DNA of 64,000 nucleotides from Escherichia coli (GTDB taxonomy: Bacteria; Pseudomonadota; Gammaproteobacteria; Enterobacterales; Enterobacteriaceae). Location of the stretch: assembly GCF_050920415.1 (NCBI RefSeq), contig NZ_CP169309.1; one strand, written 5' to 3'. Made by a program: the position numbers and the translations under genes. This document shows, piece after piece, positions 41,411 through 52,439 of this stretch (within the stretch, counting starts at the first letter, position 1; each line of letters starts with the position of its first letter). Under the pieces are notes generated by a model. That model was not told the DNA's origin and made no database searches. It was given only the letters and a program-made list of their open reading frames with translations.

Positions 41411-44400
41411 ATGAGTAAACTTTTGGATCGCTTTCGCTACTTCAAACAAAAGGGCGAAACATTTGCCGATGGTCACGGCCAGGTGATGCATAGCAACCGC
41501 GACTGGGAGGACAGCTATCGCCAGCGTTGGCAGTTCGACAAAATCGTGCGTTCCACTCACGGCGTTAACTGTACAGGCTCCTGTAGCTGGAAAATCTACG
41601 TTAAAAATGGCCTGGTGACCTGGGAAATCCAACAGACCGACTATCCTCGCACTCGCCCTGACCTGCCCAATCATGAACCTCGCGGCTGCCCGCGTGGTGC
41701 AAGTTACTCCTGGTATCTTTACAGCGCCAACCGACTGAAATACCCGCTAATACGTAAACGACTGATTGAACTGTGGCGTGAAGCGCTCAAGCAACACAGC
41801 GATCCGGTACTGGCGTGGGCATCGATTATGAATGATCCGCAAAAGTGCATGAGTTACAAGCAGATACGCGGACGCGGCGGTTTTATCCGCTCCAACTGGC
41901 AAGAGCTAAACCAGTTGATTGCTGCCGCTAACGTCTGGACCATCAAAACCTACGGCCCGGATCGCGTTGCCGGTTTCTCGCCGATTCCAGCCATGTCAAT
42001 GGTTTCTTACGCCGCCGGAACACGCTATCTGTCGCTGTTAGGTGGCACCTGTTTAAGCTTCTACGACTGGTATTGCGACCTGCCGCCCGCCTCACCGATG
42101 ACCTGGGGCGAACAAACCGACGTGCCAGAATCTGCCGACTGGTATAACTCCAGCTACATCATCGCCTGGGGGTCTAACGTACCGCAGACACGTACGCCGG
42201 ACGCCCACTTTTTTACCGAAGTACGCTACAAAGGCACTAAAACCATCGCCATTACCCCTGACTACTCTGAAGTGGCCAAATTGTGCGACCAGTGGCTGGC
42301 ACCGAAACAAGGCACTGATAGCGCCCTGGCGATGGCAATGGGCCATGTGATTTTAAAAGAGTTCCATCTCGATAATCCCAGCGACTATTTTATCAACTAC
42401 TGCCGCCGCTACAGCGACATGCCGATGCTGGTAATGCTGGAACCTCGCGACGATGGTAGCTACGTTCCCGGGCGCATGATCCGCGCGTCTGACCTGGTAG
42501 ATGGGCTGGGCGAAAGCAACAATCCGCAGTGGAAAACCGTAGCAGTTAATACAGCAGGTGAACTGGTGGTGCCGAACGGTTCGATTGGTTTTCGCTGGGG
42601 AGAAAAAGGCAAATGGAATCTGGAATCCATTGCCGCCGGTACGGAAACCGAATTGTCGTTAACTCTGCTCGGTCAACATGATGCCGTTGCAGGCGTGGCC
42701 TTCCCCTACTTTGGCGGCATTGAAAATCCGCATTTTCGCAGCGTAAAACACAATCCGGTCCTGGTGCGCCAATTGCCCGTTAAAAACCTGACATTAGCCG
42801 ATGGCAACACCTGTCCGGTCGTCAGCGTTTATGATTTGGTACTGGCGAATTATGGCCTCGATCGCGGGCTGGAAGATGAAAACAGCGCGAAAGATTACGC
42901 TGAAATTAAACCTTACACCCCTGCCTGGGGCGAGCAAATTACCGGCGTACCGCGCCAGTATATTGAAACCATCGCCCGTGAATTTGCCGATACCGCCCAT
43001 AAAACGCATGGGCGCTCGATGATTATCCTCGGTGCTGGCGTCAACCATTGGTATCACATGGACATGAACTACCGTGGGATGATCAACATGCTGATCTTCT
43101 GCGGTTGTGTCGGCCAAAGCGGTGGCGGCTGGGCACACTATGTCGGTCAGGAAAAACTGCGCCCGCAAACCGGCTGGTTGCCGCTGGCCTTTGCGCTCGA
43201 CTGGAACCGACCACCGCGCCAGATGAACAGCACCTCGTTTTTCTACAATCATTCCAGCCAATGGCGCTATGAAAAAGTCTCTGCTCAGGAGTTACTTTCA
43301 CCGCTCGCCGATGCCAGTAAGTACAGCGGTCATCTGATTGATTTCAACGTTCGCGCCGAACGTATGGGCTGGCTACCTTCTGCGCCGCAGCTGGGGCGTA
43401 ACCCGCTCGGGATTAAAGCTGAAGCCGACAAGGCCGGATTATCCCCCACAGAATTTACCGCTCAGGCGCTGAAATCGGGCGATTTACGTATGGCCTGCGA
43501 ACAACCAGATAGCGGCAGCAATCATCCGCGTAATTTGTTTGTCTGGCGTTCTAACCTGCTTGGCTCCTCCGGCAAAGGCCACGAATATATGCAGAAGTAT
43601 CTGCTGGGAACCGAAAGTGGGATTCAGGGTGAGGAACTCGGTGCCAGCGACGGGATCAAACCAGAAGAAGTCGAGTGGCAAACTGCGGCGATTGAAGGCA
43701 AGCTCGACCTGCTGGTGACGCTCGACTTCCGTATGTCCAGTACCTGCCTGTTCTCCGATATCGTTCTGCCCACCGCCACCTGGTACGAAAAAGACGATAT
43801 GAACACCTCGGATATGCATCCGTTTATTCATCCGCTTTCTGCGGCGGTCGATCCGGCGTGGGAATCACGCAGCGACTGGGAAATCTACAAAGGTATTGCC
43901 AAAGCATTTTCGCAAGTGTGCGTAGGGCATCTAGGCAAAGAAACCGACGTGGTATTACAACCCCTACTGCATGACTCTCCGGCAGAGCTTTCGCAGCCGT
44001 GTGAAGTGCTCGACTGGCGCAAAGGCGAATGCGATCTGATCCCGGGTAAAACCGCGCCCAATATTGTGGCAGTGGAGCGTGACTACCCTGCTACCTATGA
44101 ACGCTTTACCTCTCTCGGGCCATTGATGGACAAACTTGGCAACGGCGGTAAAGGGATTTCGTGGAATACCCAGGATGAAATCGATTTCCTCGGCAAACTC
44201 AATTACACCAAGCGTGATGGCCCGGCACAGGGGCGACCGCTGATTGACACCGCCATTGACGCATCAGAAGTGATTCTGGCGCTGGCACCGGAAACCAACG
44301 GTCATGTTGCAGTCAAAGCGTGGCAGGCGCTGGGCGAGATCACCGGACGCGAACATACCCATCTGGCGCTGCACAAAGAGGACGAAAAGATCCGCTTTCG

Positions 44401-45151
44401 CGATATTCAGGCGCAGCCGCGTAAAATTATCTCCAGCCCCACATGGTCCGGTCTGGAAAGCGATCACGTCTCCTACAACGCCGGATACACCAACGTTCAT
44501 GAATTAATTCCGTGGCGCACGCTGTCGGGACGCCAGCAGGTCTATCAGGATCATCCGTGGATGCGTGCCTTTGGTGAAAGCCTGGTGGCTTATCGTCCGC
44601 CTATTGACACGCGTAGCGTCAGTGAAATGCGCCAGATACCGCCAAACGGCTTCCCGGAAAAAGAACTTAACTTCCTGACGCCGCATCAGAAATGGGGCAT
44701 TCACTCAACCTACAGTGAAAACCTGCTAATGCTGACGCTCTCTCGCGGTGGACCGATTGTCTGGATCAGCGAAACCGATGCCCGTGAATTGACCATTGTC
44801 GATAACGACTGGGTGGAAGTGTTTAACGCCAACGGCGCGCTGACTGCCCGCGCGGTGGTCAGCCAACGTGTACCGCCGGGTATGACCATGATGTATCACG
44901 CTCAGGAACGCATTATGAATATTCCTGGTTCGGAAGTAACCGGCATGCGCGGCGGCATTCATAACTCGGTCACCCGCGTTTGCCCAAAACCAACGCATAT
45001 GATTGGCGGTTACGCGCAGCTGGCCTGGGGCTTTAACTACTACGGCACCGTCGGCTCGAACCGCGACGAATTTATCATGATCCGCAAGATGAAGAACGTT
45101 AACTGGCTGGATGATGAAGGTCGCGATCAGGTACAGGAGGCGAAAAAATGA
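41411..45151 (+). CDS. narZ: Respiratory nitrate reductase Z, alpha subunit
   Basis: 1246-aa product from ATG 41411 (MSKLLDRFRYFKQKG...); molybdopterin oxidoreductase motifs. Confidence 0.95.
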   Translation: MSKLLDRFRYFKQKGETFADGHGQVMHSNRDWEDSYRQRWQFDKIVRSTHGVNCTGSCSWKIYVKNGLVTWEIQQTDYPRTRPDLPNHEPRGCPRGASYSWYLYSANRLKYPLIRKRLIELWREALKQHSDPVLAWASIMNDPQKCMSYKQIRGRGGFIRSNWQELNQLIAAANVWTIKTYGPDRVAGFSPIPAMSMVSYAAGTRYLSLLGGTCLSFYDWYCDLPPASPMTWGEQTDVPESADWYNSSYIIAWGSNVPQTRTPDAHFFTEVRYKGTKTIAITPDYSEVAKLCDQWLAPKQGTDSALAMAMGHVILKEFHLDNPSDYFINYCRRYSDMPMLVMLEPRDDGSYVPGRMIRASDLVDGLGESNNPQWKTVAVNTAGELVVPNGSIGFRWGEKGKWNLESIAAGTETELSLTLLGQHDAVAGVAFPYFGGIENPHFRSVKHNPVLVRQLPVKNLTLADGNTCPVVSVYDLVLANYGLDRGLEDENSAKDYAEIKPYTPAWGEQITGVPRQYIETIAREFADTAHKTHGRSMIILGAGVNHWYHMDMNYRGMINMLIFCGCVGQSGGGWAHYVGQEKLRPQTGWLPLAFALDWNRPPRQMNSTSFFYNHSSQWRYEKVSAQELLSPLADASKYSGHLIDFNVRAERMGWLPSAPQLGRNPLGIKAEADKAGLSPTEFTAQALKSGDLRMACEQPDSGSNHPRNLFVWRSNLLGSSGKGHEYMQKYLLGTESGIQGEELGASDGIKPEEVEWQTAAIEGKLDLLVTLDFRMSSTCLFSDIVLPTATWYEKDDMNTSDMHPFIHPLSAAVDPAWESRSDWEIYKGIAKAFSQVCVGHLGKETDVVLQPLLHDSPAELSQPCEVLDWRKGECDLIPGKTAPNIVAVERDYPATYERFTSLGPLMDKLGNGGKGISWNTQDEIDFLGKLNYTKRDGPAQGRPLIDTAIDASEVILALAPETNGHVAVKAWQALGEITGREHTHLALHKEDEKIRFRDIQAQPRKIISSPTWSGLESDHVSYNAGYTNVHELIPWRTLSGRQQVYQDHPWMRAFGESLVAYRPPIDTRSVSEMRQIPPNGFPEKELNFLTPHQKWGIHSTYSENLLMLTLSRGGPIVWISETDARELTIVDNDWVEVFNANGALTARAVVSQRVPPGMTMMYHAQERIMNIPGSEVTGMRGGIHNSVTRVCPKPTHMIGGYAQLAWGFNYYGTVGSNRDEFIMIRKMKNVNWLDDEGRDQVQEAKK

Positions 45152-46692
45152 AAATACGTTCGCAAGTCGGCATGGTGCTTAACCTCGATAAATGTATCGG
45201 CTGCCATACCTGTTCGGTGACCTGTAAAAACGTCTGGACCGGACGCGAAGGCATGGAGTACGCATGGTTTAACAACGTCGAAACCAAACCGGGCATTGGT
45301 TATCCGAAAAACTGGGAAGATCAGGAAGAGTGGCAAGGCGGCTGGGTCCGCGATGTCAACGGTAAGATCCGCCCGCGTCTGGGCAGCAAGATGGGGGTGA
45401 TTACCAAAATCTTCGCCAACCCGGTGGTGCCGCAGATTGACGATTACTACGAACCTTTCACCTTCGACTACGAACATTTGCATAGCGCGCCAGAAGGTAA
45501 ACACATTCCTACTGCCCGCCCACGTTCGCTGATTGACGGCAAACGGATGGACAAAGTGATCTGGGGGCCAAACTGGGAAGAACTGCTGGGCGGTGAGTTC
45601 GAAAAACGTGCTCGCGACCGCAACTTTGACGCCATGCAAAAGGAGATGTACGGTCAGTTTGAAAATACGTTCATGATGTACCTGCCGCGCCTGTGCGAAC
45701 ACTGCCTTAACCCCAGCTGCGTGGCGACCTGCCCCAGCGGCGCGATCTACAAACGCGAAGAAGACGGTATTGTGCTGATCGATCAGGACAAATGCCGTGG
45801 CTGGCGTTTGTGCATTAGCGGTTGTCCGTACAAAAAAATCTACTTCAACTGGAAAAGCGGTAAGTCAGAAAAATGCATCTTCTGTTACCCACGAATTGAG
45901 TCAGGCCAACCCACCGTGTGCTCAGAAACCTGCGTGGGTCGCATCCGGTATCTGGGCGTGCTGCTTTACGACGCCGACCGCATCGAGGAAGCGGCGAGCA
46001 CCGAACGCGAGGTTGATCTCTACGAACGCCAGTGCGAAGTGTTCCTCGATCCGCACGATCCCTCGGTGATCGAAGAAGCCCTGAAACAAGGTATTCCACA
46101 AAATGTGATTGAAGCTGCCCAGCGTTCGCCAGTCTACAAAATGGCGATGGACTGGAAACTGGCGCTACCGCTGCACCCTGAATATCGCACCCTGCCGATG
46201 GTCTGGTACGTTCCTCCGCTGTCACCGATTCAGTCCTATGCAGATGCGGGCGGCTTGCCGAAAAGCGAAGGCGTGCTGCCCGCCATCGAAAGCCTGCGTA
46301 TTCCGGTGCAATATCTCGCCAATATGTTGAGTGCCGGTGATACCGGTCCGGTACTGCGGGCGCTGAAACGGATGATGGCGATGCGCCACTATATGCGTTC
46401 ACAAACCGTGGAAGGTGTTACCGATACCCGCGCCATTGACGAAGTAGGCCTGAGCGTCGCCCAGGTCGAAGAGATGTATCGCTACCTTGCCATCGCCAAC
46501 TATGAAGATCGTTTTGTCATTCCAACCAGTCATCGGGAAATGGCGGGTGATGCTTTCGCAGAACGCAACGGCTGCGGCTTCAGCTTTGGCGACGGTTGCC
46601 ACGGCTCAGACAGCAAATTCAACCTGTTCAACAGTAGCCGTATCGATGCCATCAACATTACCGAAGTGCGCGATAAAGCGGAGGGAGAATAA
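45148..46692 (+). CDS. narY: Respiratory nitrate reductase Z, iron-sulfur beta subunit
   Basis: 514 aa, multiple Cys clusters; overlaps narZ stop. Confidence 0.95.
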   Translation: MKIRSQVGMVLNLDKCIGCHTCSVTCKNVWTGREGMEYAWFNNVETKPGIGYPKNWEDQEEWQGGWVRDVNGKIRPRLGSKMGVITKIFANPVVPQIDDYYEPFTFDYEHLHSAPEGKHIPTARPRSLIDGKRMDKVIWGPNWEELLGGEFEKRARDRNFDAMQKEMYGQFENTFMMYLPRLCEHCLNPSCVATCPSGAIYKREEDGIVLIDQDKCRGWRLCISGCPYKKIYFNWKSGKSEKCIFCYPRIESGQPTVCSETCVGRIRYLGVLLYDADRIEEAASTEREVDLYERQCEVFLDPHDPSVIEEALKQGIPQNVIEAAQRSPVYKMAMDWKLALPLHPEYRTLPMVWYVPPLSPIQSYADAGGLPKSEGVLPAIESLRIPVQYLANMLSAGDTGPVLRALKRMMAMRHYMRSQTVEGVTDTRAIDEVGLSVAQVEEMYRYLAIANYEDRFVIPTSHREMAGDAFAERNGCGFSFGDGCHGSDSKFNLFNSSRIDAINITEVRDKAEGE

Positions 46693-47387
46693 TGCAGATC
46701 CTCAAAGTGATCGGCCTGTTGATGGAGTACCCGGACGAGCTGTTGTGGGAGTGTAAGGACGACGCGCTGGCATTAATCCGCCGCGACGCGTCGATGCTCA
46801 CCGATTTTGCACTCGACCTGCTCAACGCGCCGCTGCTGGATAAACAGGCCGAATGGTGTGAAGTGTTCGACCGCGGGCGCACCACGTCGCTGCTGCTGTT
46901 CGAACATGTTCATGCCGAATCCCGCGATCGAGGCCAGGCAATGGTGGACCTGCTGGCGGAGTACGAAAAGGTCGGTCTGCAACTGGATTGTCGGGAACTG
47001 CCCGATTATCTGCCGCTGTACCTGGAGTACTTAAGTGTGCTGCCGGACGATCAGGCAAAAGAAGGATTACTCAACGTTGCGCCGATCCTCGCCCTGCTTG
47101 GCGGACGCTTAAAACAACGCGAGACACCGTGGTACGCGTTATTTGACGCCCTTTTGCAACTGGCAGGAAGTCCCCTGTCAAGTGACAGTGTCACAAAACA
47201 AATTCGTAGTGAAGAGCGTGACGACACCCGCCAGGCGCTGGATGCGGTGTGGGAAGAAGAACAGGTGAAGTTTATTGAAGATAACGCCACGGCGTGTGAC
47301 AGCTCGCCGCTTAATCAATATCAGCGACGCTTTAGCCAGGATGTCGCGCCGCAGTACGTCGACATCAGTGCGGGAGGTGGGAAATGA
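46692..47387 (+). CDS. narW: Nitrate reductase Z assembly chaperone (delta)
   Basis: 231 aa; start overlaps narY stop. Confidence 0.95.
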
Positions 47388-48064
47388 TTCAGTATCTGAA
47401 CGTCTTTTTTTACGATATCTACCCGTACATTTGTGCGACGGTGTTTTTCCTTGGCAGCTGGCTGCGCTATGACTACGGGCAGTACACCTGGCGCGCCTCC
47501 TCGAGCCAGATGCTCGATAAACGCGGGATGGTGATATGGTCGAATCTGTTCCATATCGGCATTTTGGGGATCTTCTTCGGGCACCTGTTCGGCATGTTAA
47601 CGCCGCACTGGATGTACGCGTGGTTTTTGCCAGTGGCAGCGAAACAACTAATGGCGATGGTGCTCGGCGGTATTTGCGGCGTGTTGACGTTGATTGGCGG
47701 TGCAGGACTGCTGTGGCGCAGGCTGACAAATCAGCGTGTGCGTGCTACTTCCACCACGCCGGATATCATCATCATGAGCATATTGCTGATCCAATGTTTG
47801 TTGGGGCTAAGTACCATACCGTTTTCAGCACAGTATCCTGATGGTAGCGAAATGATGAAACTGGTGGGGTGGGCGCAAAGTATCGTCACTTTCCGTGGAG
47901 GATCGTCAGAAATGCTTAACGGCGTAGCGTTCGTCTTCCGCCTGCATCTGGTATTGGGAATGACCATCTTCCTGCTCTTTCCGTTCACCCGACTGGTGCA
48001 TGTGTGGAGCGCGCCGTTTGAGTACTTTACTCGTCGGTATCAGATTGTGCGTTCGCGGCGATAA
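47384..48064 (+). CDS. narV: Respiratory nitrate reductase Z, cytochrome b gamma subunit
   Basis: 226-aa membrane protein; ATGA overlap with narW. Confidence 0.95.
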
Positions 48065-48143
48065 TTCTCCCCCTGGCCGGATAGTCCTTCGCTCTCCGGC
48101 CACTTGCAGGCTATGATAGTTCTCCAGCCACAGGAGAACGTTA

Positions 48144-49037
48144 ATGAAACCGCAGGTTTATCACGTCGATGCTTTTACCGCTCAACCGTTTCGCGGCAAT
48201 TCTGCCGGTGTTGTTTTTCCCGCCGATAAACTTAGCGAAGCGCAAATGCAGCTTATCGCCCGCGAATTAGGTCATTCGGAAACTGCTTTTCTGCTGCACA
48301 GCGACGACAGCGATGTACACGTTCGATACTTTACGCCAACGGTTGAAGTGCCAATTTGCGGTCACGCAACGGTGGCTGCGCACTATGTACGTTCAAAGGT
48401 ATTAGGTTTGGGAAATTGCACGGTATGGCAAACGTCGCTGGCAGGAAAACATCGCGTGACTATCGAAAAGCACAACGATGATTATCGTATTTCGCTGGAA
48501 CAAGGTACGCCAGGCTTTGAGCCACCGCTGGAAGGTGAAACACGTGCAGCGATTATCAACGCGCTTCATCTCACTGAAGACGATATTCTGCCAGGCTTGC
48601 CAATTCAGGTGGCAACCACAGGACACTCAAAAGTGATGATCCCGTTGAAACCAGAAGTGGATATCGACGCTCTTTCGCCTGACCTTGCTGCGCTGACCGC
48701 AATCAGCAAGCAGATTGGCTGCAATGGTTTTTTCCCGTTCCAGATCCGCCCTGGCAAAAATGAAACCGATGGTCGCATGTTCTCACCTGCGATTGGTATT
48801 GTGGAAGATCCGGTGACCGGGAATGCCAATGGCCCGATGGGCGCATGGTTGGTACATCACAACTTACTACCCCACGATGGCAGCGTGTTGCGTGTTAAAG
48901 GCCATCAGGGGCGCGCACTGGGGCGTGACGGCGTGATTGATGTGACGGTGACAATTCGAGATAACCAACCGGAGAAAGTCACCATTTCTGGCACAGCGGT
49001 GATTCTTTTCCATGCTGAATGGGCCATTGATTTTTGA
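48144..49037 (+). CDS. yddE: PhzF-family isomerase-like protein
   Basis: 297-aa ORF, synteny narV-yddE-nhoA. Confidence 0.9.
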   Translation: MKPQVYHVDAFTAQPFRGNSAGVVFPADKLSEAQMQLIARELGHSETAFLLHSDDSDVHVRYFTPTVEVPICGHATVAAHYVRSKVLGLGNCTVWQTSLAGKHRVTIEKHNDDYRISLEQGTPGFEPPLEGETRAAIINALHLTEDDILPGLPIQVATTGHSKVMIPLKPEVDIDALSPDLAALTAISKQIGCNGFFPFQIRPGKNETDGRMFSPAIGIVEDPVTGNANGPMGAWLVHHNLLPHDGSVLRVKGHQGRALGRDGVIDVTVTIRDNQPEKVTISGTAVILFHAEWAIDF

Positions 49038-49039
49038 TA

Positions 49040-49130
49040 CCGTTGCCTGATGCGCTTCGCTTATCAGGCCTACAACCGGGCTAATGTGGGCCGGTTGTAG
49101 GCGTTTACGCCGCATCCGGCCCCTGGCACA
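49040..49130. repeat. REP/BIME cluster
   Basis: GCCTGATGCGCTTCGCTTATCAGGCCTACAA ... GTAGGCGTTTACGCCGCATCCGGC between convergent yddE and nhoA. Confidence 0.8.
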
Positions 49131-49132
49131 AA

Positions 49133-49978
49133 CTATTTCCCCGCCTCCGGATGCGTATCAAACGCCGCCATCACCAACGCCAGTTCATCCACAGTAAAGC
49201 CATGCTTTGCGTCATCTACGCCCAGACCAAACTGCTCCTGCATCACGGCATATAACGACGCCACATCCGCTAGATTCCGCTGCTCCACTGCATGTCCATT
49301 TTCATAATGGGTGAAATGAAAATTGGTCAGTGTCAGTTTGCCACCGTCCGGCAAATGGCGGCACATCAGCAAATGATGGCGAAAATGCGATTGCGGCCAG
49401 TGCGCCGACCAGAAATTCCCCATCACATAATCACTTTGTTGTTGTTCACAGAGATCAAAACGGTACATCGACTGCCAGTGCTGATGATGATTAAACTGCA
49501 AAATCCAGTCGTTCCCTTCCTGTAACAGCCGATATTCGCCATGTGGCGTTGTTTGCGCGATATCCGCCACTAAACGAATCGGCGCAGTCAAAGTCTGCCC
49601 ACCGAAACCGACATCGGCAATCCAGTGTTCGCCTTCCAGCTCCACCAACAACAAACGATGGGTACGCGGCGGTAATGCTGGCGGATTAGATAACACTACG
49701 CGCCCTAACAGACTGCGTACCTGAAAACCCAGCTCGCGTAACACCCGCTCAAACACGCCATTCTGCTCAAAGCAGTAACCACCACGCCGGGCGAGCACCA
49801 ATTTCTCTTCCAGCGATTGATCATCAAGCTGCATTTCTCTCGGCAGCAAAACATCGAGATTTTCAAATGGAATGGTGCAATTGTGTTTCAGGTGTAATGC
49901 GCGCAGCGTTTCGATATTGACCGCAGCCGCTCCCGACCAGTTAATGCGGGTAAAATAGTGATTCAGAATGGGCGTCAT
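49133..49978 (-). CDS. nhoA: Arylamine N-acetyltransferase / N-hydroxyarylamine O-acetyltransferase
   Basis: 281-aa minus-strand ORF with NAT catalytic Cys context (RRGGYCFEQN). Confidence 0.95.
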   Translation of the reverse strand: MTPILNHYFTRINWSGAAAVNIETLRALHLKHNCTIPFENLDVLLPREMQLDDQSLEEKLVLARRGGYCFEQNGVFERVLRELGFQVRSLLGRVVLSNPPALPPRTHRLLLVELEGEHWIADVGFGGQTLTAPIRLVADIAQTTPHGEYRLLQEGNDWILQFNHHQHWQSMYRFDLCEQQQSDYVMGNFWSAHWPQSHFRHHLLMCRHLPDGGKLTLTNFHFTHYENGHAVEQRNLADVASLYAVMQEQFGLGVDDAKHGFTVDELALVMAAFDTHPEAGK

Positions 49979-50152
49979 CAGGCGTTTCCGTTTGTGGTTT
50001 TCTCAATTTATAACCTGGAATAGACGCCGCACCGGCTATTTTGTGCGATCGCGGACATGCATCACGTTCGCAAATCGCCAATCCCGTTAATTTCGTTACT
50101 TATTGCGTTACGAGCTACGCTTTTAAAACACCCTTCTTAGCGAGGCGATACC

Positions 50153-50722
50153 GTGAGCCGATTCATCCCCGTCGAATTACACCATGCCAGCCGTCTGTTA
50201 AACCACGGCCCCACAGTTTTGATAACAACTTTTGATGAAAAATCACAGCGACGTAATGTGATGGCTGCGGCCTGGTCGATGCCGGTGGAGTTTGAACCGC
50301 CACGTGTGGCGATTGTGGTAGATAAATCGACATGGACCAGGGAGTTGATTGAGCGTAACGGTAAATTTGGCATCGTTATCCCGGGCGTTGCGGCGACTAA
50401 CTGGACGTGGGCGGTGGGAAGTGTGTCGGGTCGTGAAGAAGATAAATTTAATTGCTATGGCATTCCGGTTGTGAAAGGTCCGGTGCTTGGATTGCCGCTG
50501 GTTGAAGAGAAATGTCTGGCATGGATGGAGTGTCGATTGCTACCAGCGACTTCTGCGCAAGAAAAATACGATACGCTATTTGGCGAAGTGGTATCGGCAG
50601 CGGCAGACGCACGAGTATTTGTCGAAGGCCGCTGGCAGTTTGATGATGACAAACTCAATACACTACATCATTTAGGTGCTGGCACGTTTGTTACCAGCGG
50701 CAAGCGAGTTGCCGCTGGTTAA
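50153..50722 (+). CDS. yddH: Flavin reductase-like protein
   Basis: 189-aa ORF, divergent from nhoA. Confidence 0.9.
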   Translation: MSRFIPVELHHASRLLNHGPTVLITTFDEKSQRRNVMAAAWSMPVEFEPPRVAIVVDKSTWTRELIERNGKFGIVIPGVAATNWTWAVGSVSGREEDKFNCYGIPVVKGPVLGLPLVEEKCLAWMECRLLPATSAQEKYDTLFGEVVSAAADARVFVEGRWQFDDDKLNTLHHLGAGTFVTSGKRVAAG

Positions 50723-50760
50723 AGAGAGAGCGTTCAGAATTCTGTGTGACGTTAAAAATT

Positions 50761-51156
50761 CTACAGCGTCATCACATTATTCAGCCGCCCTTCAAAATAA
50801 ATAGCTAACTGTGACAATGTCAAATTCCAGCTCTGAACTGGCATTGTCCATTTTTTCTGCGCATTCATCAGTCCCAGGTAAAGTAGCTTCAACAGGCTGT
50901 TTTCATTCGGGAAGGCACCTTTTGTTTTGGTCAGCTTTCTGAACTGCCGGTGAACTGACTCGATAGCATTGGTCGTGTAAATCACCTTACGGATACCCGC
51001 CGGATAACGGAAGTAATGCGACAGATTTTCCCATTTTCGCCGCCACGACTGAAGCACCACCGGATACTGCTGACCCCATTTCGCCTCCAGCTCGTCCAGC
51101 GCTGTTTCTGCCGCCTCCTTCGATACCGCACGGTACACCGGTTTCAGGTCGGCCAT
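50761..51156 (-). pseudogene. IS256-family (Mutator-like) transposase, C-terminal remnant
   Basis: 131-aa ORF matching only the C-terminal region of IS256-family transposases (...YTTNAIESVHRQFRKLTKTKGAFPNE.SLLKLLYL...); N-terminal two-thirds absent. Confidence 0.7.
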
Positions 51157-51170
51157 GAGCCAGGGAAAGA

Positions 51171-52307
51171 TTACGAAAGCCCGCTCCCCGCAAGGACTGA
51201 CGCCAGATACTTTCTGTCCATGGCTGCTTTTCGCATCTTACGTCTTAACCCTGCCTTGAATACCTTATCATTCGTCAAAATATTAATAGCGATGTGCCGT
51301 ATCCCTGAAAATAATTCTGCTGCATTTCCTCTTCTTATTTTGCAGTCGTCTTCATTCATTACCACGTCCAGACGCCAGTGCAGCTTATTCTCCACGTGCC
51401 AGTGATTTCGGATCGCTGTGGCGAACTTCTCTGCGGTTAAATCAGCAGAACTGATATAATATCTGACCGTCATTTCTGGCTCTTTCTTTTGTTCTGCTAT
51501 TATTGACCGAAAGGAGACTGCCACGCATAATTTCTTCAGACCTTTCCATTCAAACGTGAAATCAATAAGTTCATCAGGGACATCGCAAACAATATGAAGA
51601 CGGATTTCTTCTCTGCCGTGACTCTTTTCACTAATTGCGTAACTGTCATGCTCTGGATTATTTAATTCTTTCAGCGGAAATTTTTCCTCGAAGGCTTTAT
51701 TTAGCCGCCCCTGGTTTCCTTTTACAGCGAATAAATAATCACCTCCCTGTTTTTGTATCTTCTCTGCAATATCTTTCTGGCAACCCATCGCATCAGTTGT
51801 GATGATTTTTCCTTTAATATCCAGCATGTTAAGAAGTTCTGGGATAGCTGTAATCTCATTGGATTTCTCATCCGTCTTGATCTGTCCGATGACCAGACTG
51901 TGCATTGTTGAGAACGCACTAATGACATGAATCGCTCCCCTGCGGCGACTCTTGTCATAAGAGTGCCGGAGCGTTTTTCCATCAATTGCAATGACGTCTT
52001 TATCATCTGAAGAATGACATTCACGCATCCGGTTAATAAAGCATTCGTGAAATTTTGCAGGACTGATACATGATACAACTCTGGCAATAGTATCGTGAAC
52101 AGGAATACCATTTTCAAAATCACCATATTGCTTCAAAAAATCGAGATGAGTTTCCCCGAAATCCTCTATATCTTCCCAGCCTTCTGCACCCGAAATAACG
52201 GCGCAAATAGTCAACAGTAGAATATCCGATAATTTATGCTCCACTTTCCAGGCTTGTCTGTAATCGGGGATAATAGAAATATGTTCCATCAATTTTTTAA
52301 GTTCCAT
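51171..52307 (-). CDS. ydcC: ISAs1-family transposase (Rhs H-repeat-associated protein)
   Basis: 378-aa [40 protein letters not shown]..., the characteristic H-rpt ORF of E. coli Rhs elements. Confidence 0.9.
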   Translation of the reverse strand: MELKKLMEHISIIPDYRQAWKVEHKLSDILLLTICAVISGAEGWEDIEDFGETHLDFLKQYGDFENGIPVHDTIARVVSCISPAKFHECFINRMRECHSSDDKDVIAIDGKTLRHSYDKSRRRGAIHVISAFSTMHSLVIGQIKTDEKSNEITAIPELLNMLDIKGKIITTDAMGCQKDIAEKIQKQGGDYLFAVKGNQGRLNKAFEEKFPLKELNNPEHDSYAISEKSHGREEIRLHIVCDVPDELIDFTFEWKGLKKLCVAVSFRSIIAEQKKEPEMTVRYYISSADLTAEKFATAIRNHWHVENKLHWRLDVVMNEDDCKIRRGNAAELFSGIRHIAINILTNDKVFKAGLRRKMRKAAMDRKYLASVLAGSGLS

Positions 52308-52439
52308 TTTGTTCTCCTTAATTATGTAAGGAGTATTTGATCATGTATAAGCAATAAAAAACAGCTTCAGGTAATGAGGAATATCTCAATTTTTAAACAT
52401 AAAATGCGAATTGTTTAGTACAAAAAAGCAGCGTTAAGT

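Noticed and set aside
50723-51170. Expected pptA (tautomerase) gene between yddH and the H-repeat
   Set aside because: I recalled pptA near here in K-12 but found no small ORF with a tautomerase-like N-terminus (Pro after the initiator Met); either my recollection of the gene order is imperfect or it is absent in this strain, so no feature was called.
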